A stretch of DNA of 64,000 nt. It comes from Octopus vulgaris. Its lineage: Eukaryota. Every line of letters begins with the position of its first letter. Positions within the stretch are counted from its first letter, which is position 1. The stretch spans positions 35,650,001 through 35,714,000 of the forward strand of contig OX597820.1 of assembly GCA_951406725.2 (NCBI GenBank), read 5' to 3'. The notes beneath the pieces were generated by a model that saw only the letters and a program-made list of their open reading frames with translations, had not been told where the DNA came from and did not search any database. This document shows, piece by piece, positions 53,651 through 64,000 of this stretch. The translations under genes were made by a program, and so were the position numbers.

Positions 53651-55701
53651 TCACACATGTGCATGCACACATATAGATATGTATAGTTATATACATACCT
53701 ATCTACATCCATGCACATTTGGGCTTTTATTCTTCTTTTCTTTTCACCACAATCCCATACTCCAAGCATGACTCAACTACATTTACACATGATGCTAAAT
53801 GCTCCAGGCATATTTTGACAAAATTCTTCGCATGGTGACATTTTCCTGCTCACTTCCATTCCATCATTTAGTCACCGTTCTTCTTCTCTATGTTATTGTT
53901 GCTGTTGTCACTGCTGTGTCTAATTAGGCACAAATTGTTGCTTCCATTTACATATTTATTTGTCTATTTGTTTTTTTTGTTTTTTTTTTGTTTTGTTTTT
54001 TTTTTTTTGCCATTTCCATCCAAATTCACACACCCAGCTTTTATGCATTTAAACATTTATAAGTTGTGTTTAGATCTTATAACATGATTTCATAGATTCA
54101 AATAGTATGGATAATTCCTTTGTTCATCTCTAATTTGTGTTTATATACATACACATATATATGCATACACATACTCACACATACATATAAGCATATATAT
54201 ATATATATATATATCTGTATATGTATATATATCTATATATATATATACATACATGTATGTGTGTATATATATATATATATTTATTATATACATGACAAAG
54301 AAAAATAACTCAATTCTGAGATTAAAGTAAAGAAGCTTTAATTTATTGAGAATTAAAACTTCAAAAATCACTGCTTATAACTCTCTCATTAACTAGCTGC
54401 ATGCAATTATACATACATAAATACATGTGTGCGCATGGATGTATTCACATGTGTGTAAATTCACTAAATGTTCATACACCCAACCAAAGCAACACACATG
54501 CAAACAGATTTCTACCTTCACCTATTCAGAGTACTATTTAAACATGTATAGCAATTTGATCTTTATCAAATTTTATAGCTCTCTCTAAAATTTAGTTATA
54601 TACTATTTTCTGTGTCAGTCAGTTCTTTTTTTATATGGCCATTCAAATTTATATACATTCACATAGGTAGACATATGTATTATATACATCATAGTATTAT
54701 ATATGTTAGATATGTATGTATCTGTATGTATATACATACATACATATATTTATCTATTTTTATGTATATATAATAATGATAATTTGAGGGAATATTATTC
54801 CAAACTTACAGGGAAAAGTTCAATTTAGAAATACTAAATCAAATTTCACAAAATATAATATTATATAAATTAGAAAAAAAACACCTTTTATCAATTCAAA
54901 ATGAAAAATTAAATTACACCATCTAGAAAATTACATATAATAGAAATATTAAATATCAGATAAAAAATATACTGATGATTAAGTAATGTGCAAAATACTT
55001 ATATATTTGGTATATATGTATATATATTTACAATCACATGCAGACTTAGATATACATTAAAGTTTTAGTTCACCTCTTTGCAACTGTTACACACATACAC
55101 ACACACACACATCGCATGAAATCTGAAGCTTAAAGCTGTTGCTACTACTACTACTGCTGGTGATACAGCATGCTTGCACAGGATTGTTCCAGACTTATTA
55201 GCGTTGCAAGCGACCTTCAGCTCACTAATTAGTTTGAAATACCGCCATTTTCAAAGTTACCCTTCTATCATTTATGCTTATATATATATATAAAATGCAA
55301 TCTGTGTGTTTATCCTTCTCACTATTTGCTTATATGTGCATATACGAACTTATTTACACACACACACATATATATATATATATAAACTGTGTACGTGACA
55401 CATGGACACATGCACAGATACATGCACACACATACATATGTAGACATATATAATTCTGCCCCATCACCTTATATTATATCATGGTTGACTTTTGTTGGTC
55501 ATGTTCTTCAGAGAGGTAATGGTGGGGATAAACAAGTGGGGAGCCATCTGTCCTTGGATTTTGGTTGGAATTCCTCTGCAATGGAGTGCCCTATAACAAA
55601 AGACATTCCCAATGACCTGATGCCGAATGCTGATATTAAAGCATACTCTGTGCTAGGCTTTTGTGTTTTGTGCACAGTGTGTACAAACACCATTCTTATT
55701 T

Positions 55702-55730
<29 letters not shown>

Positions 55731-55732
<2 letters not shown>

Positions 55733-55861
55733 TATCGATAGATAGATAGATATCGATAGATAGATAGATATCGATAGATAGATAGATATCGATAGATAGA
55801 TAGATATCGATAGATAGATAGATATCGATAGATAGATAGATATCGATAGATAGATAGATAT
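55731..55861. repeat. Higher-order microsatellite (GATATCGATAGATAGATA)n, 18-bp unit, about 7 copies
   Basis: Read directly from the sequence. Confidence 0.9.
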
Positions 55862-56177
55862 TATTTATGATAATTTTCTGACATGCTCAGAAGACCATAT
55901 ATATTTTAAGGAAAGCACTTTAATTTAATGGTAACTACATTATTGATCACGGAAGAGTACCACTATTAACAATAGCCACAGCTACTACAGCTAACACCTT
56001 TCATTCATTTGCCATCAGCAATGGAATTCTTTATTCGAAATCTATACAAATATACAATGATAGTAGTGTTGTCATTTAAGAAGTCAATGAAATAAATACC
56101 AGTTGAATAATGAGGTTGATATAATCGACTAACCCCAACCCCTCAAAATTTCAGGCATTGTACCTATTGTAGAAAGA

Positions 56178-56218
<41 letters not shown>

Positions 56219-56316
56219 ACTTGATATTTATATGAGTGAATTGTATTGAATCGTATTTGATTATATATAATTTGTTCACTGCATTGTGTTTTGGTCTTGG
56301 CTTAATTAATCAGACT

Positions 56317-56395
56317 TTGGTTAATAGAGCAACAGATTTTGGTTAAATAGGGCACCAGACTCTGGTTATATAGGGCACCAGATTTTGGTAAATAG
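56317..56395. repeat. Short tandem repeat, ~22-bp unit, about 4 copies
   Basis: TTTGGTTA(A)ATAGGGCACCAGA-like units. Confidence 0.7.
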
Positions 56396-57160
56396 AATAT
56401 AAGGGCTTTCAGTTATATTTAAACACATGGTACAGATCTAACTGCTGCCTTTCTGCAATGGTTTAACTGCTGGTGTGCTCTTGTGCTTAGAGAAATATGA
56501 CCGTTTCTATCAGGAACTCCACAAGAACCAAACTGACTCACATGCTTATGCACACATACACATACTTACACACACACACACACATACGAGAAGAAAGGCA
56601 TTCAGATCAAAGAATATTCTAATGCACTTTATTCACTACTGTAGTTAATGTTGCCTTTCTTTGGCCCAAGGTAAAAGCACTTCTCTTGAAAACCTACAAT
56701 CAAATGCTGTCCATATTCCATTCATTGCTCAATATCTCCTTCCTTTTTATTTCACTACAAAGAGTAATGTTAAAGTGCTATCGCTGCTATTTCTAGCAGG
56801 TCGTATTGTCAGACCAAGGTTGCCCTTCTTATCTATTATATTAACTCGTGATAATCTCTGATTCATTAACTATTGCTCATTCTTAATCTTTGTTATCATA
56901 AGGGGATTAAACTAGATTATTTTAAATACAATAGTAATATAATTTAGGCTTATGTAATAGAGGTTGTGACATTTTGTTGTCATAATTGTCAAATGATGAA
57001 AAAATTACACACCATACCATTTAGGCCCGAAACATAACATAAGATTTATTTTTTTCCTATGTTCTAGTGTGTATGTATACACACATACATATAACATAAA
57101 TTATATATAATGTGTATAAATTATATATATATATATATATATATAATAGACAGATAGATG

Positions 57161-57230
<70 letters not shown>

Positions 57231-57683
57231 CATTACACATAGTAATCTTCTACCATATATAGACTATGTTTGATTTTGCTCTGTTGTAGGTGAATGTGTA
57301 CATGAATCAACTTAACTTCCTAGTCCCCTTAGAACTCTACCCATTCAGCAATCTACCCACATTCCTCACAGCCTACCCACTCACTAGCATGTTACCCACC
57401 TATCTTATTATTTACTAATCTACTCAAGCTAAATATTTTATTCGCCCCCACCCCCATTTTTCTGATTGTCTTTGTGACTGCTTATCTAGCAATCTGTCTC
57501 TTTCTCTCTCTTTATATATATATATATATATATATATACATACATGTGTGTAGCTGTATGTATTTCTGTCTTTGTATTTGTCTATCTAGCTTGTCCATAT
57601 GTCTATATTATGCTTTTCTGAGATGGATGTACTTATGTAAAAAAAAAAAAAGGAAAGGCTTCATACTTGGGTACCATCAAATA

Positions 57684-57728
<45 letters not shown>

Positions 57729-58109
57729 TGAACAAAGAAAGAGCAAATTGTGCTCTTCCACCAGACTCTCTCCGTATCTCCCCCTCCCTCACTCTCTCTC
57801 TCTCAACTCCTCTACTTTCCCCTCCCTTTCTACTCGCCTTCCTCAATACACCAGTCACATGTTAATAGAACAAGGTAGCGCTTTCTTTGATTATTATATT
57901 GCTGCCAGTATTATTCCCATGCCAACTATCATAGGAATAAAGTAGCAGACAATCCAAGACTAGAAAGACAATTAAAAATCATATCCAACCCTAACAACTG
58001 GCAAATTTACTCCCTTTATTCTTATCTATATATCTATATATCTGTATGTATGTATCTATCTATATACATACAATATATATAAATATATATATCTATATAC
58101 ATACATACA

Positions 58110-58158
<49 letters not shown>

Positions 58159-59258
58159 ACATGATAACATTTCAATTGTATATTCTATCGGTTTTCTTTT
58201 TAAAGGTGTCCTATTTCAGTTGAGACATATCGAGGAATGGCCGAGAATAAATAGAATTCAAGGCTAAAAATAGGAAGACACCTGACTAGAATACAAATCT
58301 GGTGTAATTTATGCATTTATTGTAGTTTGAAGGAATTTTTACTGCTTTATAAAACTATATAAATAAATTTATCGATTCTTGCCATTCTTCTTGCAATACA
58401 TTTATAATTAATTCTATCTTTTATCGTGCATTTGCATATCAACTTATACACACACGCACACACACACACAGACGTATGCATACCTTGATCTATCGGCATC
58501 TATTTATAGCTTTCAATATAGGTTTATCGATTGATTTCCCCCACCCCACCTCACTCATGATATACACACACACACACACACATTTCTGCACATATACACA
58601 CACACACTCATAGACATTTTATTTTACTCACTTACATATCTACATTCAAGCTTCTCAAAATATATGCATAGATATATCTATCTTTCTCTTTATATATATG
58701 GGTATATATATGTGCATACATATGTGTGTATGCATATATATATATATATATATATGTTTGCTTAGTGTCTCTGTCTCATTACACATGCATATACATGCAC
58801 GCACACATAAGCATATATGCATGTCTCTACATGTGCCTATCTAATTAACTATACACATTACATATACACATGTGCAGTTGAGTGCATTCCATGTGTGCAT
58901 TCATTTAATGTTTTGCCTACCATGAGTTACAGACTGCTTGCATATCTGTGCACTGTGCAACAGTGTAAATGCAACCAGCTAGACATAATTATGTGCAGCC
59001 AGGCGTTCGTTTGTGTATTTCCTTAGAAATTCTGCCTCCCCTTTCTCCGTCTTTTTCACACGTGTGTGTGTTTATACATATAGATGTGCATAATAGCACA
59101 GCATTACAGACATTATTGAAAGCAATCATAGTGTATAGCCTTATGGCTAAACAACAGCTGATAGATAATTATATATTGCTAATATATTTTTTTGTAGACC
59201 ATAATGCTAAACTAAAGAGCAATCCACAGAATGAATAACTCTTTGCATACATACATAC

Positions 59259-59314
<56 letters not shown>

Positions 59315-59320
59315 TTCTAC

Positions 59321-59374
<54 letters not shown>

Positions 59375-60062
59375 GTATATTTATGGATTGTAAGTTATAA
59401 GAAATTCCTTTTCTGGCAGCAGCTAGGTTTCATTCATTTCAACCCTTTATTGAGTTCTCTCTTTTACATATATATATATATATATGTATAGACACACACA
59501 CACACATATATATATATATTACATATATATATTGTCATGTAACGGTTGTGATTGTTATCGTTATTATTGGCTTGTAGCGACCTTCAGTGATACAAGAGTA
59601 AAATGTCCACCGAATAGAATCCATTATTCGGTTTCACATGCTGCACTTAATGCTCTTGGGAGAGGCATGAACATCACATTTCTACTCCCTCTTTATTTTC
59701 CATGCCTTTGTGCCTAGTTAAGAAAACGATAATATTTTTTCGTTATTTGTTGTTCATGTTAATTGTCATCATCATCATCATCATCATCATTATTATTATC
59801 ATTATTTTTTTTTCTAGAAAACAAACACATAAGAAACAAAAATATCATAACGTATGGCAATACGTTATGAAGGGCCGAATATATTATCCAACTGTGATCT
59901 CAAAGTGAATGCTACATGTGTGTATGTGTGTGTGTGTTGTGCTCTTTACATGTGTGCACATGAACTGTGCATGCTCATGTGTACATTAGCAACATGGATG
60001 TTTCAATTCATATCACTATATTGCCATTTGGAATACACATATACCGAAGCATGCCAAATCTC

Positions 60063-60139
<77 letters not shown>

Positions 60140-61529
60140 TGCATGTATGATATATATATATATATCACTTACAACATTTATATATTTATGTACATATGTC
60201 TAAAATTGCAAGCACAGTATTATATGCAAACATCTGAGTCGTGCTTTCCATGAAATGTATATTTTAATGTCTATATATGTATAGACATTACATATGTATA
60301 TATACATATGTGTGTAATATATATATATATATTTGTAAGTTGACATGTTTACATTAACAACATTGTGTCATCATTGTAGCATTTCATTCATTTTGCTTGT
60401 TAAAACATCATAGATCAACATCATCTCTCTCATCAACATACCATTATATATAAAACCTCATTGTCATTATTATTATTGATGATTATTATTATTACTGTTA
60501 TCATCATCCTCATTTTCACCATCACCATTATCAACATCATTACTATTAAGAATATCATTCCCATATTTTTTAAAATTTGATTCCTTCTCGAAGCTGATTT
60601 CATTATCATTGATATTATTATCATTATTATTAAAAATGTTATTTTTATTTCTCATTATTTTGATGACTAATAGTGATGCTGATATCTAGGCTGAACCTAT
60701 TGTCACACCGAGAAGATCATTTATTACAGAAAACAAAAAAAAAAATCATTAAAAATATTTATGGAAAAAAATAAAATTTCTGAATTTTAAACTAATCTAT
60801 GTGTTGTTTCCTTATTGTATGTCAATGGTATAGATCTGCGTGTTTGATGGTTTGTTTGTTGCATGGTGTAGTATGTGGTTTATTCTTGGATGGCTTATGG
60901 AAATGTGTGGATGGTGGTTTCTTTAATGATTGAAGATTCATCAGGTGCTACTGCTGTTACATAAAAAAGTGGCTTAGTTGTCGCTTACAAGTAAGTATTA
61001 TGTAATTATATCCTTGTAGCTTGTACACGCTATTGCTAATTGTTTTAGTTACCAACAGGGTATGCCATCTTTTTTTACTTGTTTCTCTCAGTGGAGACTG
61101 TGGTCATGCTGGGGCACTGCCTCAAAGGGTTATGTTGTCGAACGAATCGACCCCCAGTGCTTATATTTAAAAAGCCTGATACTTATTCTATCTGTCACTA
61201 ATGCTGAGCAGCTAAGTTTTGAGGATGTATACAAACCAACAACGATTTTCAAGTGGTGGAGAGAACAAGCACAAAGAGATGGATATTTATGTGTATATGT
61301 GTGTGCCCGCACGTGCATATATATATATATATATATATATGATAGGCTTCTTTCAGTTTCCATCAACTAAATACAATCATAAGGCTTCGATTAGCCTGAG
61401 GCTATTCTGTTGTAAAAGACACTTGCCCAAGATGCTACAAGAACAAAATTTTAATTTCAAGAGAACAAAAATATGTGCTAGAGAAAAAAAAAACATAATT
61501 TTGTAGAATTTGGTACAGGCATTCTTATA

Positions 61530-61650
61530 TGTACATAGCAAAAGGCTATTCAGGCTCGATTACTGCCTTGATACGCTTTCTGAAACGACCAAGTGATCTT
61601 TATTCGTGTTGGCCATAGCGTCCCCAATATCAGACATCAACGGGTGTATT
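61530..61650 (-). mobile_element. Possible Tc1/mariner-superfamily transposase C-terminal remnant
   Basis: Minus strand reads AMANTNKDHL, then RFRKRIKAVIE in a shifted frame, like ITm transposase C-termini. Confidence 0.4.
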
Positions 61651-63361
61651 TAATCACAAGCATACATAGACACCTTCTCAGTCCTGCTACTCTTGATCCA
61701 TAAAAATATCGAAGATGGGACAGCTGAAGGAGAGAAAGAGGTAGACGGGTGTGGCACCAATAGTCGACTGGCACTCATTTCAGTCGACTAAACCGGGGCA
61801 ACGCAGAAATGATGTGCTTTGCTCAAGGTCATAATGTGTCACCTAGTACAAATATCAATCATGATCACAACAACGTAACCATTTGGTTAAGCGCCTTCAC
61901 TCATACAAATATATAAGACAGCACACCCAATGGGAAGATTAGGTAAGACACCCTCAGCTGCACACTACTACTGCTGGCACACAGGCACGTTATATTTCTC
62001 TTCGTCCTGTCCCTTCTAACACTTATACAACCAGTTATTCACTTTTGAATTAATGCGATTTATATAACTTTCACCTAGGTTTATTCAAAGTAACGGCCAC
62101 ACTATTACTCGTCATATTTTTCTCAAAATTTTCTAATATTGCACTAAATATTTTCCCAATCGTTCTCCCAATCGTTCTCTTTCTTTCTCTCTGGGACCGA
62201 CGACAGTCTTCTTCTGCCTTACCAAATTTCTCTCAGGTTCCCTATCGGTAGCAACCTCATCAACATTGCCAAGTGAAACAATCTACAAAGCATAAGGTCA
62301 GTTTTGATTTTTCCCACGACTAAAGTAATGACCTCTAACGAAGATGCAATGCCATATATCTGAGGTAAGAAGAGATGTATATTCGACTTAATCGGCCCTA
62401 GTATAAGACTGATACTTATTTCGGCGATCCCAGGAGAAATAACAGTCCTACGAAGGAATCTTTACGAGGTTACACGACTTGCTAGAAACAACAGCAAATT
62501 TTCCATCACATTATACGCTACCGTCTAAAAACGGCAGGAGTAAATTATAGGTAATGAATTCATAGTCATACTATGTTTAAACAGAAAGAAAGACAGGAGC
62601 GTCACGGCAGCTCCATTGAATTTAACCTGGGACTAGACAACATAAACGACAAGTGTAGCTGCAGACCTTAACATTGAAAATTAAGAAACGAAACAAAATA
62701 TCACAAGGTATATTGTCCGTTGCTCCGCAGATTCTTCTAATTCATCCCCCGCGCACACACTTTTCAGATTAAACTATATGGTATAAAAATAACCCAAATG
62801 AAAGCAGAAATAAAGGGTTTGAGTCTTAAACCGAACATTTCCTTGAGAACAAAATGAAGTTGGTTTCAATGAACTAAATGTCTTCATTTATAAACGGGAT
62901 GTCCACATATGGAGTCTTTGGTCGTAGGTCTGCTCGATCAGGCTTCACATGGGGTTAAACAAGCGACAGCAGCAACAGCCGTTCAAGAATTTGGACCTGG
63001 AGATCTCCATTTCCAGCGACTTCGAGGGCCACCTCCCAGTGGTGTCGGGCGTCAACGAAGAGCCCTCGACTACAACAAGACGACCAAAGTTTTTTGTTTC
63101 CCAAGGTCTGGGGTCTCCCGCCCCTAAGCCCTAGACCATCACCTAATCACCCTTACTCGTCTTGTTGCTTAACAACAACAACAACAACAGCAGCAGCAGC
63201 AGCAGCAGCAACAATTATAACGACAACAGCGACACCAACGACGATAACCAGAACGACGATGATGGCAGCAATAGCGACTACAGTAATAACGACAGCAATA
63301 ACAACAGCATCGGCAACAACGAAAAGTGCAATAACCTCAAAGACAGCAATATACCCGGCAC

Positions 63362-63778
63362 CAGCGTTGGATTAACGATTAAGCACGTAGTTGGAGCATC
63401 AAGGCAAGACAAGCATCACAGAAATGGTACATGGTTTACTACACAAAAGAAATCACTTTGAACTTGCTAAAATAATATTCGAGATGCCTTATCTCAAATA
63501 AGTATAGACGCAGAAGATTTGTAACATAAGATTAATTTTGAGAATCTAGTCAAAGACTTCGCGATTTAAAAAAATTGTTGGAGAAAGCTTTTGAAATATA
63601 AATAAAGCGGAACTATACAAAATAGATATTATTTTCCATGTTATTGTTTGTTTTGCTTCGTTTTGAAAAATAAAAATTTATTTTGTTTTATTATTGTTTA
63701 TATTTTGAAATACATATATATGGGGACACAAAAATCCTTTAAATCCTTAGGGCCTCTGCGAGTCTTTATCCAGCCCTG
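63362..63778 (+). mobile_element. Old hAT deletion derivative
   Basis: Ends CAGCGTTGGATTAA and TTTATCCAGCCCTG. Internal LSQISID...INFENLVKDFAI resembles the hAT C-terminal dimerisation region. Flanking 8-mers match 5/8. Confidence 0.55.
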
Positions 63779-64000
63779 TCCTGCAACACCCTACCAGTTA
63801 AAATTCCTCACAACCAATATTCCATCTGAATTTCTTGTCGAGGTTTTTCACAGAAGCTTGTATTGTAAGCGAATTTTATGTCTATTGAAAGTAAGTGCAC
63901 ACCCATCAGGGTCGAATTGTGACCCATAAGTGCTTACAAGATTTTGGTGCCCATCTATTCTTTTATTTGCTTCAGTCATTTGACTGCGGTCATGCTGGAG

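Noticed and set aside
63094-63461. Poly-Thr/Asn/Ser ORFs
   Set aside because: (AAC/AGC/GAC)n low-complexity sequence running into a hAT remnant.

Overview
AT-rich, microsatellite-saturated eukaryotic DNA. The repeat content (tRNA-derived SINE families, dense (TA)n/(CA)n/(TATG)n/(GATA)n) looks like a coleoid cephalopod, probably Octopus; this is an inference. Almost all ORFs in the supplied track are microsatellite artefacts. One convincing host gene is present: an apparently intronless 165-aa PH-domain protein (51309-51806, +) with a TATA/Inr promoter, lying in a SINE-depleted zone. The rest is transposon debris: Tc1, Tigger/pogo, mariner, hAT and Merlin-like MITEs, an R4/Dong fragment and several SINE families. 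The most notable signal is a set of elements carrying minimal hammerhead-ribozyme (HHR) motifs with a shared Penelope-type architecture, meaning a full copy plus an inverted copy lacking the last tens of nt. It includes (i) a young 5'-truncated Penelope-like element with an intact GIY-YIG endonuclease frame between two apparently identical 488-bp inverted pseudo-LTRs (23350-25231); (ii) a tRNA-headed SINE with a hammerhead tail at two loci (32045-32714, a head-to-head dimer with a 12-bp TSD, and 41830-42275); and (iii) several further HHR-bearing repeat families. All alignments and folds were done by eye and no ribozyme activity has been tested.
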